NCBI GenBank assembly: GCA_963667175.2
Contig: CAXXXF010000004.1
Span: 224,001-288,000, forward strand
Source: Candidatus Latescibacterota bacterium
GTDB lineage: Bacteria > Latescibacterota > UBA2968 > GCA-2709665
DNA: 64,000 bases
Direction: 5' to 3'
Both the position numbers and the translations under genes were made by a program. The first letter of the stretch is position 1. Each line of letters begins with the position of its first letter. Shown piece by piece: positions 29,619-41,190 of this stretch. Below the pieces are notes generated by a model that did no database searches, had not been told where the DNA came from, and saw only the letters and a list, made by a program, of their open reading frames with translations.

Positions 29619-31299
29619 TCCGTTTCCGCCGGCGTTGATCCTGATGATCGGGTCGCTGCTGATACCGCTCCTGAGGGGGCGCATTCAGTCGGCGTATATG
29701 CTGCTGCTTCCGGTTGCCGGGCTTGTCCATCTGCACGGCCTCTCCCCGGGCGAATACTGGCAGATCGGAATCTTCGACTATTCCCTGACGCTGGTTCGAA
29801 TCGACAGACTCAGCCTGGTTTTTGGCTACGTCTTCCATATCGCCGCCCTGTTGAGCGTCGTCTATGCGCTCCACGTGAAAGACAACGTGCAGCACGTTGC
29901 CGGCCTGTTCTATGCCGGCAGCGCCATAGGCGCCCTCTTCGCGGGCGATCTCATTACCCTCTTCGTCTATTGGGAACTGACGGCGATCTCTTCCGTATTT
30001 CTGATCTGGTGCCGCCGGACCGACCGGGCCTATGCCGCCGGGATGCGCTACCTGATCGTCCAGGTCTGCTCGGGCATGATTCTGCTCGCCGGCATTCTGC
30101 TCCACCTGCGCGAGACAGGGTCGATCGCGTTTACCGGGTTGGGGCTGAACGGTCCGGGCACCACGCTGATCTTAATCGCGATTGGAATCAAATGCGCCTT
30201 TCCCCTGCTCCACAGCTGGCTGCCGGACGCCTATCCGGAGGCAACGGTGACCGGGACCGTGTTTCTGAGCGCGTTCACAACAAAGCTGGCGGTCTATGCG
30301 CTTGCCCGGGGGTTTCCCGGTACGGAGATCCTGATCCCGATCGGCGCCGCGATGACCGCGTTTCCGATGTTCTACGCGGTCATTGAAAACGACCTCAGGC
30401 GGGTGCTGTCCTACAGCCTGAATATCCAGTTGGGATTTATGGTGGTTGGCATTGGGATCGGAACGGAGACGTCCCTGAACGGTACGGCCGCCCACGCGTT
30501 CACGCACGTCCTTTACAAAGCCCTGTTGTTTATGTCGATGGGCGCCGTGCTCTACCGGACTGGCGCCGCGAAAGCGTCGGAGCTGGGCGGGCTGTACCGA
30601 TCCATGCCGCTGACTACGGTGTTCTGCATCGTTGGCGCGGCGTCGATTTCGGCCTTTCCATTCTTCAGCGGCTTCGTCAGTAAGTCGTTTATCATCTGGT
30701 CGGTAGCCAATGGTCACAACGTCCTGACATGGGTGGTCCTGGTGTTCGCGTCGGCCAGCGCGTTGATCTATATAGGCATCAGAATCCCCTACCTTGCTTT
30801 CTTCTCGCGTGATTCGGGGATCCGATGCAGGGAGGCGCCGCTGAACATGCTCGTCGCCATGGGCGCAGCAGCGGCCATGTGCGTTCTGATTGGCATGATA
30901 CCGAAACCACTGTACGATATTCTGCCTCATGCCGTGGATTTCGAACCTTATACGATGGACCACGTGATTGCCCAGGTTCAGCTGCTGTCTTTCTCCGCTC
31001 TGGCCTTCGTCCTGTTGAAACGGACCGGGATTTATCCGTCCGTACTCCGGTCGGTGAACCTGGACACCGACTGGGCGTACCGACGACTGCTTCCCGGTAT
31101 CGTCCGGATTGTTGCGCGGGCGGGCGGTTCCGCGGGAGATCCGATCCTGCGGGGCGGAAAGGCGCTGGTCGCGGCGACGATATCCGGATGCCGGCGAACC
31201 CACGGTCCCCAGGGCATTCTGGGTCGGACCTGGACTACGGGCACTGCCGTATTGGTCGTGACGATCTTTCTGGCTGCCTTCCTGATTTACTGCTTTTGA
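29611..31299 (+). CDS. MrpD/MrpA-like antiporter subunit (copy 3, extended C-terminus)
   Basis: GDLITLFVYWE, KCAFPLLHSWLPDAYPEAT, PFFSGFVSKS. Confidence 0.88.
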   Translation: MIDPFPPALILMIGSLLIPLLRGRIQSAYMLLLPVAGLVHLHGLSPGEYWQIGIFDYSLTLVRIDRLSLVFGYVFHIAALLSVVYALHVKDNVQHVAGLFYAGSAIGALFAGDLITLFVYWELTAISSVFLIWCRRTDRAYAAGMRYLIVQVCSGMILLAGILLHLRETGSIAFTGLGLNGPGTTLILIAIGIKCAFPLLHSWLPDAYPEATVTGTVFLSAFTTKLAVYALARGFPGTEILIPIGAAMTAFPMFYAVIENDLRRVLSYSLNIQLGFMVVGIGIGTETSLNGTAAHAFTHVLYKALLFMSMGAVLYRTGAAKASELGGLYRSMPLTTVFCIVGAASISAFPFFSGFVSKSFIIWSVANGHNVLTWVVLVFASASALIYIGIRIPYLAFFSRDSGIRCREAPLNMLVAMGAAAAMCVLIGMIPKPLYDILPHAVDFEPYTMDHVIAQVQLLSFSALAFVLLKRTGIYPSVLRSVNLDTDWAYRRLLPGIVRIVARAGGSAGDPILRGGKALVAATISGCRRTHGPQGILGRTWTTGTAVLVVTIFLAAFLIYCF

Positions 31300-31487
31300 A
31301 ATCGGGAACAACCAGTAATGTATAAGTATAATAAAAACCATTAATTGTGCTGTTTTTTCGTTGCGCATGGCAGATGTGTTTTCCGGCAATTATCCACATT
31401 CGCGTCAGATTGAAACTTTAGGCTTGACATTTTTATCGCATCCCCGTTAATTAATGTCGCTAATAATTATCACCGAGGACTTCTGCG

Positions 31488-32933
31488 TTGCCTGACCTGA
31501 ACTGGATCGTGCTCGTTCCCTCGTTGATCGTGGCGGCCAGCGCGCTGCTGATCCTGTGCATCGACGTCGTCCGGCCCGCAAATCGGGGTACGGGCGCGGC
31601 ATACGCTGCCATTGTCGGAACGGGCCTGGCGGCGGTCGCCTGCGCGGGTCTCTGGGGACGGTCCGAGCAGGCTTTTGGCGGCATGCTCGCGCTGGACAAT
31701 TTCGCGCTCTTTTCCAACGTTATATTTACAGTCGGCACGGCGCTGACCATTTTTGTTTCCACAGGGTACCTGAGGCGGGAACGAGGCAGCCGCAGCGAAT
31801 ATTATCTGCTGCTGCTGACGGCCACCCTGGGCATGATGCTCATGGCCGCGGGGACGGATCTTATCGTCATCTTCCTGGGCCTGGAACTGATGTCCCTGTC
31901 ACTCTATATCCTGGTCGGATTCCTCAGTTCGCGTTCCGTGTCCAACGAAGCCTCCTTGAAGTACCTGCTGCTGGGCGCATTTGCGACCGGGTTTCTGCTC
32001 TATGGAATCGCCCTGATTTACGGATCGACCGGCTCCACGAGCCTGCAGCAGGTTGGCGCGATGCTGTCCCGGCGCGTGGACGGCGGCCTGATGTTATACG
32101 CCGGGATGGGTTTGCTGGTTGTGGGCTTTGCTTTCAAGGTGGCGGCGGTTCCGTTCCACATGTGGGCGCCCGACGTCTACGAAGGCGCGCCCGCGGCGGT
32201 TACCGCCTTTCTTTCGGCGGGCCCCAAGGCGGCCGCCTTTGTTGCATTCCTGCGCGTGCTGATGGTGTCTCTGGAATCGCTGAAGACGGAGTGGACGGCG
32301 GTGCTCTGGATCCTTGCCGCGCTGACCATGACCGTAGGCAACCTGAGCGCGTTGGGGCAGCGCAGCATTAAGCGAATGCTGGCATATTCCAGCGTTGCCC
32401 ACGCCGGTTACGTATTGGTTGCGCTCACCGCGGCCAGCGAGAGCGGGATTTCCGCGGCGCTGTTTTATCTGCTGGCCTATACGTTCATGAATATCGGCGC
32501 TTTTGCGGTCCTGATTCTGGTGGCGCGCAAGGGCGAAGAGAACCTGGATATTTCGGACTACGCGGGTCTGGGCTTCAAACATCCACTTCTCGGGCTGACG
32601 ATGACGCTGTTCATGCTCTCTTTGGCCGGGCTGCCGCCCACTGCCGGATTCTTTGGTAAATTCTACATCTTCCGGGCGGCCATCGACGCGGGGCAGGTCA
32701 CCCTCACCGTAATCGCGGTGCTGAACAGCCTGGTCTCCGTCTATTTCTATCTCGGCGTCGTCGTAAGTATGTATATGAGACAGCCCGCGGACCAGGAGCC
32801 GGTGGGGACGTTTCCCGCGCTCGCACGAACCGCACTGCTGTTGACGTCCCTGGCGACTCTCTATATCGGACTGGCGCCCTCGCGGGTTCTGGAATATGCC
32901 AGGCAGACGGTAGGCAACCTGATTGGGATTTGA
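31488..32933 (+). CDS. nuoN: NADH-quinone oxidoreductase subunit N
   Basis: EASLKYLLLG, FKVAAVPFHMWAPDVYEGAP, GLPPTAGFFGK. Confidence 0.95.
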   Translation: MPDLNWIVLVPSLIVAASALLILCIDVVRPANRGTGAAYAAIVGTGLAAVACAGLWGRSEQAFGGMLALDNFALFSNVIFTVGTALTIFVSTGYLRRERGSRSEYYLLLLTATLGMMLMAAGTDLIVIFLGLELMSLSLYILVGFLSSRSVSNEASLKYLLLGAFATGFLLYGIALIYGSTGSTSLQQVGAMLSRRVDGGLMLYAGMGLLVVGFAFKVAAVPFHMWAPDVYEGAPAAVTAFLSAGPKAAAFVAFLRVLMVSLESLKTEWTAVLWILAALTMTVGNLSALGQRSIKRMLAYSSVAHAGYVLVALTAASESGISAALFYLLAYTFMNIGAFAVLILVARKGEENLDISDYAGLGFKHPLLGLTMTLFMLSLAGLPPTAGFFGKFYIFRAAIDAGQVTLTVIAVLNSLVSVYFYLGVVVSMYMRQPADQEPVGTFPALARTALLLTSLATLYIGLAPSRVLEYARQTVGNLIGI

Positions 32934-33008
32934 GTGTCTCCGACCTTGCAACATGAGAGGATACACCGGCGCCTGCGCCTTTCGGCCCATAATCCATCAC
33001 ATTGAACG

Positions 33009-33260
33009 ATGGCGGAGGAAAGAAAACAATCGGGTCTCGCGGCAGCCTATCGGAAGGCGGGTCCCTATCTGAACCTGGGGATCGAGTTTGCGGCGGCCAT
33101 TCTGCTCTGCCTCTTTGGCGGACGGTGGCTGGACGGAAAACTGGGAACGGCCCCGTATCTGATGCTGGTCGGTACGTTTCTGGGCATCACCGTCGGTTTT
33201 CTGAACCTTTACAGAACGGCAATTCGACTCCAGGAACGCGATCAGAAGGACATCCAATAG
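33009..33260 (+). CDS. AtpZ/AtpI-family small membrane protein
   Basis: GRWLDGKLGTAPY 2TM pattern. First gene of the atp cluster. Confidence 0.85.
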   Translation: MAEERKQSGLAAAYRKAGPYLNLGIEFAAAILLCLFGGRWLDGKLGTAPYLMLVGTFLGITVGFLNLYRTAIRLQERDQKDIQ

Positions 33261-33280
33261 CGGCCGTCCGGGGAGATTAG

Positions 33281-33467
33281 CAGTCCGTTGAAAAAGTCGC
33301 TCTGCAGGCGAGGGCGAGTCATTGTGGCCGCAGACAAGGCGCGCCTGTCTGCGTGCCTGCCTGCGCCGAGACGTGCTCGGCAGGCAGGCGGACACGCACA
33401 GGCAGGCAACGCCGTATTTCGGTCACAAGGGCCGGACGCAGACCGGATGGACTTTATCAACGGGCTG
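33281..33467 (+). mobile_element. MITE copy 1 (187 bp)
   Basis: TIRs CAGTCCGTTGAAAAAGTC / GACTTTATCAACGGGCTG. Flanks TTAG/TCAG. Homologous to copies at 35026 and 43836. Confidence 0.85.
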
Positions 33468-33473
33468 TCAGAC

Positions 33474-33878
33474 TTGGGAACGGAATTCCTCCGATTTGGC
33501 GGGCAGGTCGGGGCTGTCGTGATCGTGGCGGTGGTTTTGGGCGGTTTCCCGCTATACCTCTATTGGGGCGTTGAAATGGTCCATGCGGCCGCCGTCGGAT
33601 TTGGCATTGGCGCACTGAACGCACTGGCCGGGGGGCTCTCGGCCATCTGGTCGTTCGACCGGCCGCAGTCGGTCTTCCTGAAGACGCTGCTGGGTGGAAT
33701 GGTCCTGAGGATGCTGGTCATCTGCGGCGTGCTGGTTCTCCTGATCGAAATCACTGCGTTGTCGATTTACGGGTTGGTATTCTCTCTCTTTCTGTCGTAC
33801 CTGCTCTTTCAGATTCTGGAAATCCGGTTCTTTGTGAGGCGTGCCGCGGTTCGGCGGGCGACAAAAGAAGGGGTTTGA
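33474..33878 (+). CDS. atpI: ATP synthase subunit I
   Basis: 4TM protein with GMVLRM immediately before atpB. Start TTG 33474, or the MITE-derived ATG 33447. Confidence 0.75.
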   Translation: MGTEFLRFGGQVGAVVIVAVVLGGFPLYLYWGVEMVHAAAVGFGIGALNALAGGLSAIWSFDRPQSVFLKTLLGGMVLRMLVICGVLVLLIEITALSIYGLVFSLFLSYLLFQILEIRFFVRRAAVRRATKEGV

Positions 33879-33882
33879 CTCA

Positions 33883-34683
33883 ATGGCCTCAGAAAACGCC
33901 GCGGAAGGCAAAAAAGACTACATCATGGAGCACCTGCTCGATTCTTCGGAGCTCCATCTGCCCTTCGTGCACGTCGAACTGCCTCGCTTCGAGCTGTTCG
34001 GCATTGACGTAACCATCACCCGGCACGTGGTCATGATGTGGGTTGCGGCCGCCTTTCTGCTGTGGATCTTCACCTCGACAACCCGGCGCCGCGGTCTGGT
34101 ACCCTCCGGGCTGGCCAATCTACTGGAGTGGGTTGTCGTCTTTATCCGGGATGAAGTCGCCGTTCCCAACATCGGCGCAAGAGAGGCCGGGCGGTTCCTG
34201 CCCTTTCTGTTTACCGTATTTTTCTTCATCCTGACCTGCAATCTGCTGGGCCTGGTACCCTACGGCGCAACCGCAACCGGCAATGTGAGCGTAACCGCCG
34301 GGCTGGCCGTCTGTGCCTTTCTGGTGATTCAAATGGGTGGCGTTCTGCACAACGGCCTTCTGGGTTACTTCAAAGGACTGGTGCCGCACGGACTTCCCCT
34401 GCCGATCACGCTCCTGATGATCCCTATCGAGCTCATCGGTCTGATTGCCAAGCCTTTTGCGCTGTGTATCCGTCTCTTCGCCAATATGACTGCCGGACAC
34501 GTGATTATTCTGGGGTTGCTGGGACTGATTTTCATGTTCAAGTCGTACGCCGTGGCGCCCGTGTCCGTGGCATTCGCGCTGGCGATTTACCTGCTCGAAA
34601 TCTTCGTGGCGCTGGTGCAGGCGTACATATTCACCATGTTGTCCGCCGTCTTTATCGGGATGGCTGTGCATCAGGACCACTGA
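33883..34683 (+). CDS. atpB: ATP synthase Fo subunit a
   Basis: LCIRLFANMTAGH, LVQAYIFTMLS. Confidence 0.96.
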   Translation: MASENAAEGKKDYIMEHLLDSSELHLPFVHVELPRFELFGIDVTITRHVVMMWVAAAFLLWIFTSTTRRRGLVPSGLANLLEWVVVFIRDEVAVPNIGAREAGRFLPFLFTVFFFILTCNLLGLVPYGATATGNVSVTAGLAVCAFLVIQMGGVLHNGLLGYFKGLVPHGLPLPITLLMIPIELIGLIAKPFALCIRLFANMTAGHVIILGLLGLIFMFKSYAVAPVSVAFALAIYLLEIFVALVQAYIFTMLSAVFIGMAVHQDH

Positions 34684-34747
34684 GCGTAGAATCACGCTGT
34701 GATCGTTTCACTGTAAACCCTTATTTTCCTAGCGGAGGAGGTGTGTT

Positions 34748-34999
34748 GTGGCAGACGTGGCATCCGTGGCGGCCGAAGCATACGGTTATCTGTCCGCAGG
34801 CATTGGCGCGGGGCTGGTAACGATCGGCGCCGGTATTGGAATCGGACGTTTGGCCGGTATGGCCGTAGAGGGCACCGCGCGGCAGCCCGAAGCGGCCGGC
34901 GATATCCGTACCTCGATGATCATTACGGCGGCGTTCATAGAGGGTGTGGCCCTTTTCGGGCAGGTGGTCTGCTTTCTTCTGGCAACAAAAGGCGGCTGA
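34748..34999 (+). CDS. atpE: ATP synthase Fo subunit c
   Basis: GAGIGIG, ARQPE, AAFIEG. GGAGG RBS. Confidence 0.96.
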   Translation: MADVASVAAEAYGYLSAGIGAGLVTIGAGIGIGRLAGMAVEGTARQPEAAGDIRTSMIITAAFIEGVALFGQVVCFLLATKGG

Positions 35000-35025
35000 G
35001 AAAGCAACCCATTGAGGACGTCTAA

Positions 35026-35295
35026 CAGTCCGTTGAAAAAGTCGCTCCGCAGGCGAGGCCGAGGCATTGTGGCCGAAGACAAGGCGCGCCTGTCTGCGTG
35101 CCTGCCTGCGCCGAGACGTGCTCGGCAGGCAGGCGGACACGCACAGGCAGGCGACCGACGCGAATCCCTGGATTCAGGGAGGGAGCGCCTGCCTGCCGCA
35201 GGCAGGCAACACGGTAATCCGGCCACAAGGGCCGGACACCTGTCTGCGTGCGAACGCACAGGCAGGCAGCCCGGATGTGCTTTTTCAAAGGGCTG
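35026..35295 (+). mobile_element. MITE copy 2 (270 bp)
   Basis: CAGTCCGTTGAAAAAG ... CTTTTTCAAAGGGCTG ends. Flanks CTAA/ATAA. Internal GCCTGCCTGC hairpins. Confidence 0.85.
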
Positions 35296-35314
35296 ATAAA
35301 CCAGAGGAACGGGT

Positions 35315-35812
35315 ATGTTGCTGAATGTCGATACAGGTCTGATGTTCTGGACCATTGTTACCTTTGTCCTGCTTCTGCTTGTTCTCAAGCGTGTTGCCTG
35401 GAAACCCCTGCTGGCCATGCTGGAGGAGCGTGAAAAGCGCATTCGGGATTCCCTGAACCAGGCCGAAAAAGCCAGGGAAGAAGCGCAGAGCGCGGCTGAA
35501 CAAAACCGTCGGGCCATGGAGCAGGCGCAGGCCGACGCCCGGCAGGCGATTTCGGAAGGGCGGGAAACGGCCGAGCGCGCGGCGCAGGAAGTGCGCGAAC
35601 GCGCGGCGGAAGAAGCGCGGCAGATGCTGGAGCAGGCCCGGCGGACGATTCGGCAGGAGAAGGAGCAGGCGATCCAGGAATTGCGCACGCACGCCGCGGG
35701 TTTGGCCATCGAAGCCGCGGGCAAAGTACTGGACGAGAATCTGGACAATGAGAGAAACCGGAAGCTGGTCGACGAGTTTATCGACAGCATTCCGGAACCG
35801 GGTCAAAACTGA
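35315..35812 (+). CDS. atpF: ATP synthase Fo subunit b
   Basis: N-terminal TM, AWKPLLAMLEERE, coiled coil. Confidence 0.95.
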   Translation: MLLNVDTGLMFWTIVTFVLLLLVLKRVAWKPLLAMLEEREKRIRDSLNQAEKAREEAQSAAEQNRRAMEQAQADARQAISEGRETAERAAQEVRERAAEEARQMLEQARRTIRQEKEQAIQELRTHAAGLAIEAAGKVLDENLDNERNRKLVDEFIDSIPEPGQN

Positions 35813-35827
35813 TTTCCGGAGCCGAAC

Positions 35828-36367
35828 TTGAACGAAACCCCCGTCGCAATGCGATATGCCAGGGCGCTGATCCAGGCGGCAGAAGAGCGGGATGCGCTGG
35901 ACCGGGTCCGTGAGGACCTGGAGGGTCTTCTTGACCTGATCCGTGAGTCGGAAGACCTGCGGGCCTTTCTGAGCGACCCCCTGACTTATCCGGAACAGAA
36001 GCGGTCGGCCGTCCGGAGGCTTTTTTCGGGCCGGACCGGCGATCTCACGCTGAATTTCCTGCTGCTGTTGTGCGACAAAAGGCGCGAACGGGGACTCGAC
36101 GGGATCATCAGGGCCTTTCTGACGCTTCTCGATGAACGAAGGGGCATGATCACCGCATACGTGAGGTCGGCGCAGGAACTCTCAGAGGACCAGCGCGCGA
36201 GGATCGCGCGGCGGTTGTCGAGTTATTCAGGGAAGCAGGTACGGCTGGACGTGCAAGTCGACGAGGGACTCAAAGCGGGTTTTGTGACCAGGATGGGGGA
36301 CCACGTGTTCGACGCAACCCTCGAAGCGCAGTTGAATCGGATGCGCCAGAGGCTGGTTTCGGGCTGA
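35828..36367 (+). CDS. atpH: ATP synthase F1 subunit delta
   Basis: VAMRYARAL ... GDHVFDAT. Position between b and alpha. Confidence 0.93.
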   Translation: MNETPVAMRYARALIQAAEERDALDRVREDLEGLLDLIRESEDLRAFLSDPLTYPEQKRSAVRRLFSGRTGDLTLNFLLLLCDKRRERGLDGIIRAFLTLLDERRGMITAYVRSAQELSEDQRARIARRLSSYSGKQVRLDVQVDEGLKAGFVTRMGDHVFDATLEAQLNRMRQRLVSG

Positions 36368-36387
36368 TAACCGAGGTGTAGACACTT

Positions 36388-37908
36388 ATGGCGATGAACT
36401 TGCAGATTCGCCCCGATGAGGTCTCCGATATTCTCAAGCAGCAGATACTGGAGGTCGAACGGGACATTGACGTTTACGAAACCGGAACCGTGCTGCAGGT
36501 GGGGGACGGCGTGGCGCGCGTTCACGGCCTGGGCAACGCGCAGGCCAGCGAGTTGGTGGCGTTTCCCGATAACATCATGGGCATGGCGTTCAACCTGGAA
36601 GAGGACAACGTCGGCTGCGTCCTTTTCGGGGACGACACGGCAATCAAAGAGGGCGATCAGGTTCGGCGTACGGGACGCGTCGTCGAAGTCCCCGTGGGAG
36701 ACGAATTGCTGGGCCGGGTGGTGACGCCTCTGGGCGAACCGCTGGATGGAAAGGGGCCGGTTGGCGCCTCGCAGACGTTGCCGGTGGAGCGGATTGCGCC
36801 CGGCGTGATCCAGCGCCAGCCGGTGGAGGAAGCGCTGCAGACGGGAATCAAGGTCGTGGACGCCGCAACGCCGATCGGGCGCGGACAGCGGGAGTTGATC
36901 ATCGGGGACCGGCAAACCGGGAAGACGGCCATCGGGCTGGACGCCATCATCAATCAGAAAGACAGCGGCGTCAAATGCATCTACGTGGGTATCGGACAGA
37001 AGGCGTCGTCCGTGGCAAAAGTGGTTGCCGAACTCGAGGCAAACGGCGCCCTGGAGTACACAATCGTGGTTTCGGCCACGGCCAGCGATCCGGCGCCGCT
37101 CCAGTTCCTGGCGCCCTACGCCGGATGTTCGATGGGCGAATACTTCCGCGACAAGGGCGAACACGCGCTGATCGTGTACGACGATCTCTCCAAGCAGGCG
37201 TGGGCCTACAGGGAAATGGCCCTCGTCCTGCGCCGGCCGCCGGGGCGGGAAGCCTATCCCGGCGACGTGTTCTACCTGCACTCGCGCCTTCTGGAACGCG
37301 CCTGCAAATTGAGCGACGAGGAGGGCGCAGGCTCACTCACGGCGCTGCCCATCATCGAGATCCTCGAAGGAGACGTATCCACGTTCGTGCCGACCAACGT
37401 GATCTCGATCACCGACGGTCAGATTCTGCTGAAGCCGGAGTTGTTCTATTCCGGAATCCGTCCGGCCATGGACGTGGGCGCTTCCGTTTCCAGGGTCAGT
37501 TCGGCCAAAACACGGGCGATGCGGTCGGTTTCCGGCACGTTGAGCGGCGATATCGCGCGATACAACGAGGTCCAGGCCTTCGCACAGTTCGGGGCTTCGG
37601 ACCTGGACATGGCCACCCGGAACCTGCTGAACCGAGGAGAGAAACTGATCGAGATTCTCAAACAGGACCAGTACACGCCCATGTCGCTGGGCGAGCAGGT
37701 GGTGTCCCTGACCGTCGGCGCGAGCATCGACGAACTGCCCACGGACGACGTGCGGCGGTTTGAGACCGAGGCACTGGCCTACATGCGAGACCACCACCAG
37801 GACGTGGTGGACGAGATCACGAGAAGCGAAGAACTGAGCGATGAGGCGAAGACCGTCATCGAAGCCGCTATCGAGAGCGTAAAGCGCGGCTTTCAGGTGT
37901 CGGCGTAG
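36388..37908 (+). CDS. atpA: ATP synthase F1 subunit alpha
   Basis: [31 protein letters not shown]. Confidence 0.97.
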   Translation: MAMNLQIRPDEVSDILKQQILEVERDIDVYETGTVLQVGDGVARVHGLGNAQASELVAFPDNIMGMAFNLEEDNVGCVLFGDDTAIKEGDQVRRTGRVVEVPVGDELLGRVVTPLGEPLDGKGPVGASQTLPVERIAPGVIQRQPVEEALQTGIKVVDAATPIGRGQRELIIGDRQTGKTAIGLDAIINQKDSGVKCIYVGIGQKASSVAKVVAELEANGALEYTIVVSATASDPAPLQFLAPYAGCSMGEYFRDKGEHALIVYDDLSKQAWAYREMALVLRRPPGREAYPGDVFYLHSRLLERACKLSDEEGAGSLTALPIIEILEGDVSTFVPTNVISITDGQILLKPELFYSGIRPAMDVGASVSRVSSAKTRAMRSVSGTLSGDIARYNEVQAFAQFGASDLDMATRNLLNRGEKLIEILKQDQYTPMSLGEQVVSLTVGASIDELPTDDVRRFETEALAYMRDHHQDVVDEITRSEELSDEAKTVIEAAIESVKRGFQVSA

Positions 37909-37927
37909 GCGCGCGGGGGAGTAGCCG

Positions 37928-38779
37928 GTGGCAACGTTGCGTCAACTCAGAAACCGGGTAACCGGGGTCACAAATATCCAGAAGGTGACACACGCCATGC
38001 AGCTGGTTGCCGCGGCCAGGGTGCGCAAAGCCCAGGATGCGATCCTGGCCGCCCGGCCCTATGCGGAGCAACTCGACCGCACCCTTCAACGGCTTACCGC
38101 AAGCATCGACGCGGATCGGCATCCTCTGTTCCGTCACGGGGAATCCGGCCGGACCGCGGTTGCGGTGGTGACGGCGGACCGCGGCCTGTGCGGCGGTTTT
38201 AACGCCGGCATCTGCCGGAAAGCGCTTTCGGTACTGGAAGAACATGGAGAGGTCGAACTGGTCGCGATCGGCAGGAAGGGACGCGACTTCTTTCACAACC
38301 GCGGAGTACCGATCAGTCGCGAATACCTCGACGTGTTTGGCAACCTGAATTTCGATCAGGCCATGGAAATCGCCGGCGACCTGACGGAGCGCTTCGTATC
38401 CGGTGACGTGGACCAGGTGTGGATTGCCAACAACGAATTCCTCTCGCTTGGACGGCAGGAGCCCGTGATCAACCTTCTTCTTCCGGTTGCGCCGCACGAA
38501 ACCGCCGAGGAAGGCCCGTCCGGCGAGTACATCTTCGAGCCTGAACCCGAACAATTGCTGAATTCGCTCGTTCCCAGGCACGTGAACTACCAGGTATGGC
38601 GCGCCCTGCTGGAGTCCAACGTCGGAGAGCAGGCTGCGCGCATGGCGGCCATGGACAACGCGACGAAGAACGCGGGAGACCTGATCGAAGATTTGACGCG
38701 CGAGATGAACAAGGTGCGCCAGTCTTCGATTACACTGGAGCTGATGGACATCATCGGCGGCGCCGAGGCCGTGGCGTAG
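37928..38779 (+). CDS. atpG: ATP synthase F1 subunit gamma
   Basis: DRGLCGGFN, ARMAAMDNAT, RQSSITLEL. Confidence 0.96.
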   Translation: MATLRQLRNRVTGVTNIQKVTHAMQLVAAARVRKAQDAILAARPYAEQLDRTLQRLTASIDADRHPLFRHGESGRTAVAVVTADRGLCGGFNAGICRKALSVLEEHGEVELVAIGRKGRDFFHNRGVPISREYLDVFGNLNFDQAMEIAGDLTERFVSGDVDQVWIANNEFLSLGRQEPVINLLLPVAPHETAEEGPSGEYIFEPEPEQLLNSLVPRHVNYQVWRALLESNVGEQAARMAAMDNATKNAGDLIEDLTREMNKVRQSSITLELMDIIGGAEAVA

Positions 38780-38951
38780 GACGGTTTTCGCGCATGTCGC
38801 GGCTACCGGCTTTCGCTTTGGCTTTCGTCTCATCGCTTCTTTAAGTCGGTGAGAGGGGAGACGGTAGACGGTAGAGGACATCATCACCCGACCGGTTATG
38901 CAAAGTGTCGTTTGTAAGGGTTTTGCCGTTTGCTTTTCGGTTTTGATTCAA

Positions 38952-40393
<1,442 letters not shown>

Positions 40394-40418
40394 GGTCTGT
40401 ATTACACACGGGGCACTG

Positions 40419-40823
40419 ATGCCGGGGTTTCATCTCGAGATTGTAACACCGGAAAAAACGGTTTATTCGGGTGAAGTGGAGAGCCTGCGCGCGCCTGGCG
40501 TCGAGGGCGGGTTCGGCGTGCTTGCCGGGCACCATCCGATGCTGACCGCGCTGGACATCGGCTGGATGTCCTTTTCCGACCGGGAGCATGGATCGAGGTC
40601 GGTCGCGATCGGCGGCGGGTTCGCGGAAGTCCAGCGCGATAGCGTTACCATTCTTGCGGAGACGGCGGAATTCGCGGAGGAAATCGACGTGACCCGAGCA
40701 GAAGGCGCCAGGGATCGCGCCCGTGAAAGGCTGGCGCGAAAACGGGAACAGCAGATCGACGAGACGCGGGCGAACCTGGCCCTGGCCCGGGCGGCCAACC
40801 GGCTGCGGATCGGGGGACTTTAG
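40419..40823 (+). CDS. atpC: ATP synthase F1 subunit epsilon
   Basis: LEIVTPE, GVLAGHHP, GGFAEV. Confidence 0.96.
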   Translation: MPGFHLEIVTPEKTVYSGEVESLRAPGVEGGFGVLAGHHPMLTALDIGWMSFSDREHGSRSVAIGGGFAEVQRDSVTILAETAEFAEEIDVTRAEGARDRARERLARKREQQIDETRANLALARAANRLRIGGL

Positions 40824-40852
40824 ACCTCCATTTCAGACAAGGTGTTTCCATG

Positions 40853-40886
40853 AATGGGTGGGTTTTGAAACCCGCCCGTTTTTATT
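40853..40886 (+). terminator. hairpin plus T-run after atpC (REP-like, probable terminator)
   Basis: aatgggtgggttt-tg-aaacccgcccgtt followed by tttatt. Confidence 0.6.
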
Positions 40887-40899
40887 GGCTCTCAGCCTA

Positions 40900-41075
40900 A
40901 CGGCGGGCAACAACAAAGGTTGCCCCTACAACAAGGATTCGCAACGCAACGCGGGCGGTTCGCGAACCGCCCCGACACAAAGACGGGTTCCCCGTTCTGC
41001 TCCCCCTCTCCCTCCGGGAGAGGGGGCCTGCCTGCCGAGCAGAACTCGGCGCAGGCAGGCCGGGGGGAGAGGTCC
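40900..41075. repeat. cluster of REP-like palindromes
   Basis: gggcaac..gttgcccctac; gggcggttcgcgaaccgccc; ccctctccc..gggagaggg with a nested gcctgcctgc..gcaggcaggc hairpin. Confidence 0.7.
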
Positions 41076-41190
41076 CGGGAGCGAGGGCATCCTGCCCTCG
41101 GAACGCCCCTCGCGGTCCTGTCTCTTCACGGCGTTGACGTCATTGGGTTGGTCTTGATTCAAGCTGACCACTGTCTTTACGAGGTTCTAC

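Noticed and set aside
31300-31487. Replication origin
   Set aside because: Only one DnaA box, a short spacer inside an operon, and no dnaA/dnaN/gid neighbours.
33288-33473. N-terminal extension of AtpI and the small ORFs at 35012-35324 and 43790-44111
   Set aside because: These are read-through of MITE sequence, not protein domains.
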